Shown here: positions 1-9,029 of the stretch, piece after piece
Numbering within the stretch: position 1 is the first letter of the stretch
How the letters are laid out: every line of letters starts with the position of its first letter
From: Patescibacteria group bacterium
GTDB lineage: Bacteria > Patescibacteriota > Minisyncoccia > UBA6257 > GWB1-50-10
DNA: 64,000 bases
Direction of reading: 5' to 3'
Assembly (NCBI GenBank): GCA_023474215.1
Contig: JAMCYI010000006.1
Span: 1,452-65,451, forward strand
The notes under the pieces: generated by a model
Databases searched by the model: none
Told to the model about the DNA's origin: nothing
What the model saw: the letters and a program-made list of their open reading frames with translations, nothing else
Made by a program: the position numbers and the translations under genes

Positions 1-26
1 ATTCCCCAAATTCTATCACAAATTTC

Positions 27-63
27 GGCCCCCCGCTCTCCTTCAAAAATTAAAGGCCCCCCG
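27..63 (-). repeat. Partial inverted copy of GC-rich dispersed repeat family A
   Basis: Reverse complement reads cggggggcctttaatttttgaaggagagcggggggcc, matching copies at 9403-9475 and 29053-29125. Confidence 0.8.
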
Positions 64-99
64 GAGGCCTTTAAGTCTGTGGATAATTGATTTTCCCCG

Positions 100-131
100 A
101 AAAGGAAAAGGGCAGCCATAAAGACATGCCC
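100..131 (-). terminator. Probable intrinsic terminator
   Basis: Minus strand gggcatgtctttatggctgccc hairpin followed by ttttcctttt, just after the 151..435 stop; near-identical to 2457-2490. Confidence 0.55.
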
Positions 132-150
132 TGTTTGTTACCACCTCCTT

Positions 151-435
151 TCATTGTTTACTGATTTGTTGTAGATATAGTTCCGGCGACACTAGCTTAT
201 CCAGTTCAGCTTGAAGTCTGCTTATTCTTCGGGAGGTATTCCCAAAAAGAAAAAGACCGAATAGGACAAGGCATAGGCATGCCACCAAACTTATTATCAT
301 CAAACCCAGGGTGGGTTTCATGATAATGTCGATGACGAAAAATATCGCCACCGCAAGAACAAACAGCAAGGTGGAAACATAATATAACTTGCTTATTTTG
401 TTCATGCGGGCGGTCAACTGTTGCGGTGTATTCAT
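151..435 (-). CDS. Small two-TM membrane protein (ORFan)
   Basis: ATG at 435 preceded by aaaaaggag; two hydrophobic helices; shares TLGLMI with 2510..2761. Confidence 0.65.
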   Translation of the reverse strand: MNTPQQLTARMNKISKLYYVSTLLFVLAVAIFFVIDIIMKPTLGLMIISLVACLCLVLFGLFLFGNTSRRISRLQAELDKLVSPELYLQQISKQ

Positions 436-546
436 AACACACTCCTTTTTTAATGAACAAAAAAACTCTCGGCTGACGCGATTTATTAAACTACGTTTGC
501 ATGTTGATGTCAATATCAGCCCCCGAATGTCAACTCCAAAAGGTTG

Positions 547-2373
547 CTACCAACTGCCGCCGCCTCCCCCGCCGAACCCGCCGCCGGAGAATCCGCCGGC
601 ACCAAAACCGCTCGATGCCGGCTGAGATGCAACATTGAACGTCCGATTGAACGAGCTATTAAACAGCATGATGTTCGCCATGAAGAGCGAACTATTGAAC
701 GCCGTTATGGTCGGATCCTCATACCACGTCGGCATTGCAGTCGTGATCCCTTCGAATTTTTTCGCCCATTCTTTTTCGACACCCAAAACCATCGCGTAGG
801 GCAGGTATTTTTCAAACTGTTCCGGCCTCAAGCTCGGCGCATTCATCATTTTCAAGCGATCCGTCTCGGTATAGCGGAGAAATTCGCGGAATCCGAGGAT
901 CTTCTGGAGTGCCGTCATACCCTTCGGCGTGAGCTTCGGTATCGGCGGTTTGCCGATCTCTCCGATAAGGAGCGCCACGGCGAACATAACCATAATGATA
1001 ACGAAGGAGGATCCTCCTCCCAGAGCCATACCGATAATGAAGAGGATAAGGAGGCCGAGCGCACTGAGGCCGAACAGAACCCTTTCTTTTTTGGTTTTCT
1101 CGCGGGATGCGGTATCGAAGTACCCTTCGGCATAAATGTTCTCGTCTGTTTTCTTCCCGACGCTCTTCAGGGTTTCGAAGAGAGCGGCACCTGAAGACTG
1201 GAGGTCACTCAAGGAAACGCTATCGCGGGCGGTGAAAAGCATGTTGAAAACGATCTGATATGCCGGGTGCCGGAGATCAGAACCGTCCTTCAGCTTCACA
1301 AGCTCAAAATCCTTCTTGTCCGGCCACAGCTTCATCTGCCGAACCGTGTAGCGGATCTTCAGGTACCCCTTGATCGCGAGATCCATGATGACCGACGAGA
1401 CATCGGCCATATCGACCTTCCGGTCGACGATCGTACCGACCTCAATCGGCAAAAGCCCGTCCGGCGGGTCATATTCGGCAACAAGCGGTATCTTCTTCAG
1501 TTCCCGCGGGATGATCGGGCGCGATCTCGTCCGCAAACTGATGCCCGAAAAGCCGCCGCGGCTTCTCAAAACGATGATCCGAAAGGCGGTCACTGCAAGG
1601 ATCAAGAAGAGAATGAACATAAGCGGAATGACTGACGGGATGCCGCCGGAGGATGAGAAGCCCGCCGGAGCGGATGCCGTGGGGGCGGCAGCAGCTGCCG
1701 GGAGCGCCAAGTGGCCGAACGGAATGCCGAGGACGACGGACAATCCCTCGCCGGAGCCCAAGGGGCGCGTTGTCGCATACGTCATTCCACTCCCCGACTC
1801 TGCAGAGGAACAATCTTTCGCGGTGCTTCCCGCGGCGCCTGTGTAACATGTCGCCGTGAGACCGGCGATCTGCCCCGGAAGAACAATTGATGCCGTGACA
1901 TTATTCAGGGGAACGCCCCAGCTGTTCCCCGTCACATTCCAATACACCTCGTCATGATCGCTGAATTCTCGAACGGCGTTTTTGACGATATAATCCACGA
2001 CATAGGTTTTGACGCCGCTGACCAAAACGTTTGGGTCGCCGATTCGTATGTCGAGGGTATTGTCCGATACGGACGCCGTATACGGATATGTCCCCCCTGC
2101 CCCATTCCCGACGCCCGTCACTGTGACTTGCAGCCCCGGGCCGTTCGGCGACGAAAGCGGGATATCGCGGAAGATGCCGTGTCTCTGGTCCGATCCGAAG
2201 TCGTAGACAATGGTCTCCGCAACGGAAAGCGTGCCATTCTGTGCGACCGCGATCTGCGAATTGAAACTCTGAACCGCTTCGGCGGAGGCGCGGGCCACAT
2301 GCCCGAAGCCGAAAGTCGCGACCGCAAAGGCGGCGAAAACGGTGAATCCCCAAGCGTATTTTTTCAATAACAT
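547..2373 (-). CDS. DUF2207 (YciQ-like) membrane protein
   Basis: Signal peptide, RHGIFRDIP, YWNVTGNSW, FEKYLPYAMVLGVEKEWAKKF, C-terminal GGGFGGGGGGSW. Confidence 0.9.
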   Translation of the reverse strand: MLLKKYAWGFTVFAAFAVATFGFGHVARASAEAVQSFNSQIAVAQNGTLSVAETIVYDFGSDQRHGIFRDIPLSSPNGPGLQVTVTGVGNGAGGTYPYTASVSDNTLDIRIGDPNVLVSGVKTYVVDYIVKNAVREFSDHDEVYWNVTGNSWGVPLNNVTASIVLPGQIAGLTATCYTGAAGSTAKDCSSAESGSGMTYATTRPLGSGEGLSVVLGIPFGHLALPAAAAAPTASAPAGFSSSGGIPSVIPLMFILFLILAVTAFRIIVLRSRGGFSGISLRTRSRPIIPRELKKIPLVAEYDPPDGLLPIEVGTIVDRKVDMADVSSVIMDLAIKGYLKIRYTVRQMKLWPDKKDFELVKLKDGSDLRHPAYQIVFNMLFTARDSVSLSDLQSSGAALFETLKSVGKKTDENIYAEGYFDTASREKTKKERVLFGLSALGLLILFIIGMALGGGSSFVIIMVMFAVALLIGEIGKPPIPKLTPKGMTALQKILGFREFLRYTETDRLKMMNAPSLRPEQFEKYLPYAMVLGVEKEWAKKFEGITTAMPTWYEDPTITAFNSSLFMANIMLFNSSFNRTFNVASQPASSGFGAGGFSGGGFGGGGGGSW

Positions 2374-2400
2374 GTTCCCTTCAATTTTAACACAAATCGC

Positions 2401-2433
2401 TGGCCTCCGGGGCGCCTTCAGGGCCCCGGAGGA
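2401..2433. repeat. 33-bp palindromic repeat family B, copy 1
   Basis: tggcctccggggcgccttcagggccccggagga, identical to 2844-2876. Confidence 0.9.
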
Positions 2434-2456
2434 ATCAGCCAGTTGCCAAGAAACCC

Positions 2457-2490
2457 AAAAGGGAAAAAGGGCAGTCGCAAAGACATGCCC
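2457..2490 (-). terminator. Probable intrinsic terminator
   Basis: Minus strand gggcatgtctttgcgactgccc plus tttttccctttt after the 2510..2761 stop. Confidence 0.55.
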
Positions 2491-2509
2491 CGTTTTTTAT
2501 CGTCTCCTT

Positions 2510-2761
2510 TTACCCTTCCTTTGATTCATTAAAGAATTCTTTATCTTCCCGATTTGCCGAAACCCGGGCGATCACACCAAACACCAGGAACCAGAATGCG
2601 ATCATAAGACCGAGGGTCCTGACATCGAACGTCAAGGATCCGCCGACGATCATCATGAAGATGATCACCGCTCCGATCGCGAAGAGGACGACGGATACCT
2701 TCTGCAGCCGGTTCGCCTTCTCGATGTGCCCAAGGATTTTCTCAAGTTTTTTACCTTTCAT
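2510..2761 (-). CDS. Small two-TM membrane protein (ORFan)
   Basis: 83 aa, GGAGG SD upstream, two hydrophobic segments. Confidence 0.75.
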   Translation of the reverse strand: MKGKKLEKILGHIEKANRLQKVSVVLFAIGAVIIFMMIVGGSLTFDVRTLGLMIAFWFLVFGVIARVSANREDKEFFNESKEG

Positions 2762-2843
2762 GCTTCCTCCGAAATTGAGTAAAAATTATTTGAAAATAGA
2801 CTTGCTGTCGCCTATTTTGACATATTTTTCATATTTACGTCAA

Positions 2844-2876
2844 TGGCCTCCGGGGCGCCTTCAGGGCCCCGGAGGA
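2844..2876. repeat. 33-bp palindromic repeat family B, copy 2
   Basis: Identical to 2401-2433. Confidence 0.9.
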
Positions 2877-2946
2877 CTAATACGGGGACTCCCGGGGGCT
2901 TCGCATCAGGAGTCCACTCAAAAAAGAAAAAAGACGGCCGCAAGGA

Positions 2947-3117
2947 TTATGCTTCCGGCGCATCTTTTACGGCATGCTCGATGATTTCGAGGTTGCAGCT
3001 TTTATGTTCCGCGCACCACGCTTGGCATTTTCCCGCCGTTTTTCGGTCCGTGTACCATAAACCGCACTCCTCGCATTGGTAGTACTTTTTGTCTCCCTTC
3101 ACGAGTTCTTTCGGCAT
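2947..3117 (-). CDS. Small Cys/His-rich putative metal-binding protein (56 aa, not in the ORF track)
   Basis: Manual translation MPKELVKGDKKYYQCEECGLWYTDRKTAGKCQAWCAEHKSCNLEIIEHAVKDAPEA; TGGTAAAAT 6 nt upstream of ATG. Confidence 0.75.
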   Translation of the reverse strand: MPKELVKGDKKYYQCEECGLWYTDRKTAGKCQAWCAEHKSCNLEIIEHAVKDAPEA

Positions 3118-3140
3118 ACTTTCATTTTACCAAAATCCCG

Positions 3141-4100
3141 TTAAAGAATCGCGTTAAACAAGTACCCTATGAATATAATGCCGATCCCGACGATACCCGC
3201 GAAGATCAGGATGAGTTTCGGCTTCATCACTTTTTTCAGGATCATGAATTCCGGAAGCGAAAGCGCCGTGACTGACATCATGAAGGCCAAGGTCGTGCCC
3301 ATCGCGACTCCCTTCTCCGTCAAAGCCGACACAAGCGGGATCACGCCGGCGGCATTCGAATAGAGCGGGATGCCGATCAAAACCGCCAAGGGCACCGCGT
3401 ACCACTTGCCGGGGCCGGCATAGCGGGCGAGAAAGTCCATCGGCACATAGCCGTGGATCCAGGCGCCGACGCCGACGCCGATCAAAACGTACAGCCACAC
3501 TTTCTTCAAGATATCGGCGGTGTACCGTAACGCGTATTGTCTTCTGTCACGCCATGTCATCGTCACGCCCTCATACGAGGCTGAAAGCGTATGTTCAAAG
3601 ACAAACGGCTCCACGAGTTTCTCCGGTTTCAGTTTGCCGATCGCGATGCCGGATACGACAGCGATCACGAGCCCGCTCCCGATGTAAATGAGCGCGATGC
3701 TCCAGCCGAAAAGCCCCAAAAGCATCACGAGCGCGACCTCGTTTATCATCGGCGAAGCGACAAGGAACGAGAAGGTTACGCCCAAGGGGACCCCGGCTTC
3801 CACGAACCCGAGAAAGAGCGGGATCGCCGAACAGGAACAAAAGGGCGTCACGATGCCGAGGAGCGAGGCGAGGATGTTCCCCACATATACCCGCTTGCGC
3901 GCAAGAATCTTCCGCACCTTCTCGGCAGGCAGGAAGGAACGGATGAGTGAAACCGCGAAAATGATGACGGCCAAAAGAACGAAGATCTTCGTTGTATCGA
4001 AGATAAAAAAGTTGACCGCGCTTGCAAGGAGCGTCTGGGGCGCGATGCGAAAGACGCCATAGGTCAACCAGTCGGCCAATGCCTGGAGGGGGGCGAACAT
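3141..4100 (-). CDS. ArsP/DUF318 family permease
   Basis: TPFCSCSAIP, SPMINE, GIPLYSNAAG, ALSLPE motifs; multi-TM. Confidence 0.9.
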   Translation of the reverse strand: MFAPLQALADWLTYGVFRIAPQTLLASAVNFFIFDTTKIFVLLAVIIFAVSLIRSFLPAEKVRKILARKRVYVGNILASLLGIVTPFCSCSAIPLFLGFVEAGVPLGVTFSFLVASPMINEVALVMLLGLFGWSIALIYIGSGLVIAVVSGIAIGKLKPEKLVEPFVFEHTLSASYEGVTMTWRDRRQYALRYTADILKKVWLYVLIGVGVGAWIHGYVPMDFLARYAGPGKWYAVPLAVLIGIPLYSNAAGVIPLVSALTEKGVAMGTTLAFMMSVTALSLPEFMILKKVMKPKLILIFAGIVGIGIIFIGYLFNAIL

Positions 4101-4101
4101 A

Positions 4102-4344
4102 TTACGGGATATTCTTAATAATCGTCTCTTTCACCTTTTTGACGTCGGGAACGAAACCTACGAGTGCGGGCTTCCCGTCGATCGCAAGGACGGGGCTCTG
4201 CATGAGGCCCATTGCGACGATCTTCCGGACATCCGTCACGTATTCCACCTCCGTGTCGAGTTTCAATTCCTCGACCGCCTGTTTCGTCAGTTTGAAAAGT
4301 TTTTCGCACGTCGGACATCCCGACCCCAAAACTTGAATGATCAT
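4102..4344 (-). CDS. Small redox-active disulfide protein 2 (MTH895-type thioredoxin)
   Basis: IQVLGSGCPTC and PVLAIDG motifs; typical ars-operon neighbour. Confidence 0.9.
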   Translation of the reverse strand: MIIQVLGSGCPTCEKLFKLTKQAVEELKLDTEVEYVTDVRKIVAMGLMQSPVLAIDGKPALVGFVPDVKKVKETIIKNIP

Positions 4345-4346
4345 GG

Positions 4347-4679
4347 TTATAATAGTTGCTTGGCGCTTTCCACAAGTTTCCGGCCTTTGTCAGTTAAACG
4401 GTATTCGATGAATGTCCCCCGCCGCTCGGCTGCCACGAGCTTCTGGTTTGAAAAAGAGGTCAAGTGGTGAGAAATGAGCGTCTGGGAAAGGCCGGTGTGC
4501 TTTTCGAGATCGCACACGCAGTGGGGCGCTTTCCGGAGCGTGAAGAGAATGGCGAGCTTCGAGGGCACCGAGATGGCCTTCAGTTTCCTGAAATAATCGG
4601 AGGTTGGAGAAAAATCCTTCTGATTCAGCTCCGGCACTTTGCAAGAGCAGCCGATCGTCTTGTTGTTATATGAACGCAT
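4347..4679 (-). CDS. arsR: ArsR/SmtB family transcriptional repressor
   Basis: HCVCDL, SQTLISHHL HTH, ERRG..IEYRL wing; start 4679 or 4685. Confidence 0.85.
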   Translation of the reverse strand: MRSYNNKTIGCSCKVPELNQKDFSPTSDYFRKLKAISVPSKLAILFTLRKAPHCVCDLEKHTGLSQTLISHHLTSFSNQKLVAAERRGTFIEYRLTDKGRKLVESAKQLL

Positions 4680-4781
4680 GTTCATATAATACCCCGCCGG
4701 CGCGGAAAGTCAAATGTCGGCTTTTGGGGAATAACCAAAAAACAAGCAAGGGAGACATAAATGCCTCCCTTGAATCATTTC

Positions 4782-5456
4782 TCACTGCTGGAACATCACC
4801 GGGTGGTGATGCTCGCTGTGATTGCCGTCTTTCATCTGTTCGATCCTCTGCCGCCGATATTCCTTGGGATTCTCCTCTAACCAATCCTCCGGAATGTGGC
4901 GAATGTACCACAACCCAGAGCAGGGATCGTCCATTTCGACGATAACGACGAGCATGAGCGTCAAAACAAAAACAACCACGTATACGATTATCACGCCGGC
5001 AACGACACTCGGGTACTCAATAATGAGGAACCCGAAGAGCACCGTGAGTGACAGGACAACGATCAGAACATAGACCAAGGGCGAGAGATCCTCGTCGCGC
5101 AGGTCCATAAAAAGATCTTTATCGTACCTTTTTACCGCCGCCCGGAGCTGTTTGTATTCGCTCCAAACCGTGTTCATGGCAACCGTTGCCAGCAAACTGT
5201 ACCAGATGCCGAACATTGAGAGCCATGCGGTCGTCACGACGCCTTCTGCTTCTGCGGCAAAGTGTATCTCATTCCGGTAGAAGATCGCGTACCAGCCGTA
5301 CGTTACGACGATGCCGACAACAACCGGCCAGATGAGCATGAGAAAAATCTTTATTCCCAGCTCAACCCTTTTTCTGAACCGCTCCGCCGGCTTTTCGTGC
5401 CTGATCTTCTTTCTGAATATTTTCGCCCTACCTTCCTTTTCATTCGTGCTTTTCAT
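4782..5456 (-). CDS. Hypothetical four-TM membrane protein
   Basis: 224 aa, four hydrophobic helices, EMDDPCSGLW; SD ggagg; hairpin at about 4746-4772 after the stop. Confidence 0.75.
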   Translation of the reverse strand: MKSTNEKEGRAKIFRKKIRHEKPAERFRKRVELGIKIFLMLIWPVVVGIVVTYGWYAIFYRNEIHFAAEAEGVVTTAWLSMFGIWYSLLATVAMNTVWSEYKQLRAAVKRYDKDLFMDLRDEDLSPLVYVLIVVLSLTVLFGFLIIEYPSVVAGVIIVYVVVFVLTLMLVVIVEMDDPCSGLWYIRHIPEDWLEENPKEYRRQRIEQMKDGNHSEHHHPVMFQQ

Positions 5457-5485
5457 CCATACCTCCAGTTTTCAAAGATGTGAAT

Positions 5486-5514
5486 AATATAACATCTTTT
5501 TATCTATCAGTCAA
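5486..5514 (-). promoter_or_regulatory. Sigma70-type promoter
   Basis: TTGACT-17nt-TATATT upstream of 4782..5456. Confidence 0.6.
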
Positions 5515-5595
5515 TTACCCTCAAAAAGCTGGACAAGAAAACGGAAAAAGTGATACAACTATCCCTACAGCACATAAATAAATATAGGAGTACAT

Positions 5596-6030
5596 ATGGG
5601 CATAGGGTTATCCCCCAGTCACTACCAAGGCATGGCCATTGGTATGAAATATATCCTCGACGGAGAGGGTAAAATGAGGTCAAACGTTCTTGCCGAAGCG
5701 AAATATTTCTTCATTGCAGTTCGCCGCGGGAACAAGAGCGAACGACAAACAGCAGCGTTCATTCTCGCCGGCAAGACCCACCTTTCCCGGGAAACACGGG
5801 CAAAGATCGAAACATACATCGCTTTCATGGATGTCTTGGGCAAGCGCCGAGAGCTTCAAGAAGAAGAACTCACCGTCATCCGAGATCTCCGAACCTTTTT
5901 TGCCAAGCTTCAAGAGATCGGACATGAAATAAAAACGAGGGAGGTCCGGGAGTACGGATACTGGGATAAACGCCAGAACCGGAAGGAGTTCTGGCGAGAA
6001 AAAACGAGGTCGCGCTTTACGAAAGCGTGA
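5596..6030 (+). CDS. Hypothetical protein
   Basis: 144 aa ORF with ataggag SD; no motif recognised; start uncertain. Confidence 0.55.
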   Translation: MGIGLSPSHYQGMAIGMKYILDGEGKMRSNVLAEAKYFFIAVRRGNKSERQTAAFILAGKTHLSRETRAKIETYIAFMDVLGKRRELQEEELTVIRDLRTFFAKLQEIGHEIKTREVREYGYWDKRQNRKEFWREKTRSRFTKA

Positions 6031-6071
6031 CTTAAAAAATACGAGGTCGCGCTTTACGAAAGCGCGACTTA
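6004..6071. repeat. Tandem pair of 31-bp palindromes
   Basis: acgaggtcgcgctttacgaaagcg(t/c)gactta at 6004-6034 and 6041-6071, between convergent genes. Confidence 0.9.
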
Positions 6072-6076
6072 CTCGT

Positions 6077-6319
6077 TTAGGACTTCTTTTTCATTTCTTC
6101 GATCTTCGCGATCATTTCCTCGAAAACGATGCCGTTGCCGTTCGCGAAGAACGCGGCGAGCCAGTAGACGTCATTGATGTTGTCCTCGAGGTCATCTTTC
6201 AAAATCTCCATATCTTCTTCCAGCTTCACGGCATTCTTGAGCTCGCCGATCTCCCCCACGATGCTGCGGAGAATGTCCTTGGAATTGCGCGGCTGTTCTT
6301 CCTTGGAAAATGTATTCAT
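6077..6319 (-). CDS. Small acidic protein, possible degenerate MazG-like
   Basis: SIVGEIGEL ... EDNINDV pattern resembles all-alpha NTP-PPase; co-oriented with a MazG gene. Confidence 0.55.
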   Translation of the reverse strand: MNTFSKEEQPRNSKDILRSIVGEIGELKNAVKLEEDMEILKDDLEDNINDVYWLAAFFANGNGIVFEEMIAKIEEMKKKS

Positions 6320-6323
6320 AAGG

Positions 6324-6671
6324 TCAAAGCTCCGTGTATTTTTTATGGCTCCCCTTCGATTTTTTCACCGGGTACTTCTTGTCGTTCTTCCTCATTTTCG
6401 CCATAAACGCCTTTGTAACGTCGATGCCGAGATCGTAGCTTAAGAGAAGCGTCCAATAGAGAACGTCCATCAGCTCTTCGCCGATGTGCTCCTTGTTCGC
6501 CTTTGAATAGTTTTCCATCTCTTCCCCGTTCTTCCACTGAAAGTGCTCCAAAACCTCCGACGCCTCAAGGGACAATGAAATGGCTAGATCCTTCGGGTTG
6601 TGGAATTGCTTCCAATTCCTCCGTTCCCTGAATTTCAGGATCTCGTCCGTCAGTTTCTTGATGTCCGACAT
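6324..6671 (-). CDS. MazG-like nucleotide pyrophosphohydrolase (dCTPase type)
   Basis: RNWKQFHNPKDLAISLSLEASEVLEHFQW, EELMDV, KMRKNDKKYP. Confidence 0.9.
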   Translation of the reverse strand: MSDIKKLTDEILKFRERRNWKQFHNPKDLAISLSLEASEVLEHFQWKNGEEMENYSKANKEHIGEELMDVLYWTLLLSYDLGIDVTKAFMAKMRKNDKKYPVKKSKGSHKKYTEL

Positions 6672-6699
6672 AATACTTGAATTTTAGCACAAACAGCTC

Positions 6700-6728
6700 G
6701 CCTCCGGGGCGCTTTTGCACCGGGAGGT
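6700..6728. repeat. Degenerate copy of repeat family B
   Basis: gcctccggggcgcttttgcaccgggagg shares left arm and hairpin with 2401-2433. Confidence 0.6.
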
Positions 6729-6777
6729 TAAAAACAGAAACCTCCCGAGCGACAGAAACAAACCCGGGAGGCATCTT

Positions 6778-7155
6778 TTACGCGAAAAAGCCGGCGTAGC
6801 AAAGAAAAAGGCCGATAACGACCATAACAATGCCGCCGATCGTCGAACATTTCGCCTTGAACTCGCGGTAGAGCGAGACGGTGGATTCGGGGAAAACGAG
6901 AATGAAGAACCCCTTCAAAAGCGACAGCCAGCCGATGACCGAAATGACGATCCGCCAGTCCGAAAACCAAAAGCCGCCGAGCGACACGATGACCGCGCCG
7001 AAGACCGCAGCAATGAGGCCGCCGAGCCACGAGAACCCTCTCTGCCGTTCCATTTCATCGAGAAGAACCGCAACGGTCTTCCGATTGAAAAGGGAGATAC
7101 CGAGAATGAGGAACAAGATGCCTAAAATTCTCGCAAGCACGAGAGAAACATCCAT
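6778..7155 (-). CDS. Four-TM membrane protein
   Basis: 125 aa, hydrophobic; ISVIGWLSLLKG..ILVFPE motif. Confidence 0.8.
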   Translation of the reverse strand: MDVSLVLARILGILFLILGISLFNRKTVAVLLDEMERQRGFSWLGGLIAAVFGAVIVSLGGFWFSDWRIVISVIGWLSLLKGFFILVFPESTVSLYREFKAKCSTIGGIVMVVIGLFLCYAGFFA

Positions 7156-7222
7156 ATGTGCAATGAGATACGATTTGCGACCTTTCCTTTATTATACAAA
7201 TCTCAGAGAAAAAATGATCCAT

Positions 7223-7251
7223 TTGACAAAATTTTTAAAACGTTATATTAT
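7223..7251 (+). promoter_or_regulatory. Sigma70-type promoter
   Basis: TTGACA-17nt-TATTAT upstream of 7312. Confidence 0.6.
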
Positions 7252-7311
7252 GATAATCCTTAACGGGGCTGAAAGCAGTAATTTTTACAACCACATAAAG
7301 GAGAAACACTC

Positions 7312-7752
7312 TTGAAAACAAAAATCATATTTTTTTCATTGATCATGGTAGGCCTCCTTATTCTCTCTCTTCCGGTCAACACCGAAGAGTGCGGGAGCCG
7401 CCTTCCCCTACCGACCAAAAGCGTCGAACTTCAAAAGATCAGCAAAATCGGAAGCAACCAAAACGTCGAGATCATCGAAAACGTAGCGGTAACTGCCTAT
7501 ACGGACTCGGGACTCACGGCGAGCGGTATTCCCGCCAGCGACGGTATCGTTGCCTGTAACTTCAGGAAACTGGGAACGGTCATCCAAATACCGCATCTCT
7601 TTGGAACCAGAAAGTTCGTCATCCTCGACCGGATGAACAAGGATTACCGCACCTATCCGCGAAACCGAAGGGGTATCGACATTTGGATGCGCGACCACGA
7701 TTCAGCGATCGCGCTCGGGGTAAGGAGAACGACCATTCTTGTGATAAAATAA
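7312..7752 (+). CDS. Secreted 3D-domain (lytic transglycosylase-like) protein
   Basis: Signal peptide; VTAY..TASG, ACNF..LGT, LDRM, IDIWM motifs; TTG start with aaggag. Confidence 0.8.
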   Translation: MKTKIIFFSLIMVGLLILSLPVNTEECGSRLPLPTKSVELQKISKIGSNQNVEIIENVAVTAYTDSGLTASGIPASDGIVACNFRKLGTVIQIPHLFGTRKFVILDRMNKDYRTYPRNRRGIDIWMRDHDSAIALGVRRTTILVIK

Positions 7753-7761
7753 AAAGATGGA

Positions 7762-7791
7762 GGAGCGCACTGCGCTCCTTTTCCCTTTTTT
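7762..7791 (+). terminator. Intrinsic terminator
   Basis: ggagcgcactgcgctcc followed by ttttcccttttt. Confidence 0.7.
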
Positions 7792-7800
7792 GGATACGGC

Positions 7801-8274
7801 CTACAAGAGGCCCAAGGATCCGGCAAGGATCACGCCCGTGACGCTCCCCCCGAACCCAAACGTCAAATCACCCATCGTGTCGGCATTGGTCGGCTGCAGG
7901 AGCATATTTTCCTGCACCAAGTTCTCGTGAAAAACGTCCACCCTCACGTGATCATAGGTAAACTCCCACGCTTCCCACGACACGCTCACGAAAACGCAAA
8001 TGGCGACGATGACGAAGGCTTTTTTCCAAAATCCGTCGGGCAACACGTGAAAACGCGGGTGCGCTTCCATAAACCATAGGAGCGCCGAAGCGAACATAAT
8101 GCCGGCGAAGAAATGGACGACGGCATCATAGCCGAAAAAGCCGGCATTGCACCCCAAGTATTTGAAGCACTGGTAGTTCTTCGAGAGATCAAAAAGATCC
8201 CCTCCCACGAATTGCAGAAGAGAAAAGACGATAAAGGCAACAATGAAGAATGTAAGACGTTTTTTTGGCAGCAT
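7801..8274 (-). CDS. Membrane protein (VanZ/DUF2238-like motifs)
   Basis: YDAVVHFFAG, WEAWEF, DTMGDL. Confidence 0.7.
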   Translation of the reverse strand: MLPKKRLTFFIVAFIVFSLLQFVGGDLFDLSKNYQCFKYLGCNAGFFGYDAVVHFFAGIMFASALLWFMEAHPRFHVLPDGFWKKAFVIVAICVFVSVSWEAWEFTYDHVRVDVFHENLVQENMLLQPTNADTMGDLTFGFGGSVTGVILAGSLGLL

Positions 8275-8369
8275 TTACAATAGTCCCCTTTCGGTATTAG
8301 AATCAGGCTAAGTTCAGCAGGACATTTATAATTATACATCAACTAAACCAGAAAGGAGTACGAGACAGA

Positions 8370-9029
8370 ATGAATTATGATCATCGAGAGATGATGAACG
8401 AGCGAACGCTCGTTCTCATCAAACCGGAGACCGTCCAGCGCGGCTATATCGGGGAGATCATCACCATCTTCGAGAAAGCCGGACTGAAGATCGTTGCAGC
8501 AAAGTTCCTGGTAGCTACAAAAAAACAACTCGACGGCCATTTTCATGGCGGCGATGAGTGGCTCCGCGGCATTGGAAGGAAAACAACCGAAGGGTGCCGC
8601 GAAGACGGCTTGAGGGTCGAAGATGTCATGGGGACATCGGATCCCTTGGAGATCGGCAGAAAGATCAAGGAGCAGCTGTATCACTATCTTTCTTCCGGAC
8701 CCATGATGGCTCTTGTCCTTGAGGGCATCCATGCCGTCAAGGTCGTTCGAAAGCTCACTGGACACACCATTCCGGCAAAAGCGGAAACGGGGACCATACG
8801 CGCAATGTATTCCATCGCTTCCGCCGATCTCGCAAGCGTCGTGGGAAGCCCCGCGAGAAACGTCATCCACGCATCATCGAGCGTGGACGAAGCGAAAATC
8901 GAAATTCGCCATTGGTTCAAGGACAGTGAAGTCATCGAATGGAAAAAGATCGACGAAGACGTCCTGTTCACCGATGGAGATTATACCAAAATCTCAGACA
9001 AGACAGACAAGAAAGGAAACCAGTCATGA
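8370..9029 (+). CDS. ndk: Nucleoside diphosphate kinase
   Basis: ERTLVLIKPE, SGP, GTIR, NVIHAS catalytic His; long insertion after the first helices. Confidence 0.92.
   Translation: MNYDHREMMNERTLVLIKPETVQRGYIGEIITIFEKAGLKIVAAKFLVATKKQLDGHFHGGDEWLRGIGRKTTEGCREDGLRVEDVMGTSDPLEIGRKIKEQLYHYLSSGPMMALVLEGIHAVKVVRKLTGHTIPAKAETGTIRAMYSIASADLASVVGSPARNVIHASSSVDEAKIEIRHWFKDSEVIEWKKIDEDVLFTDGDYTKISDKTDKKGNQS

Noticed and set aside
2401-2876. Integron cassette with attC sites
   Set aside because: Repeats lack RYYYAAC/GTTRRRY ends and no integron integrase is present
6004-6071. Mini CRISPR array
   Set aside because: Only two units with a 6-nt spacer and no cas genes in the window
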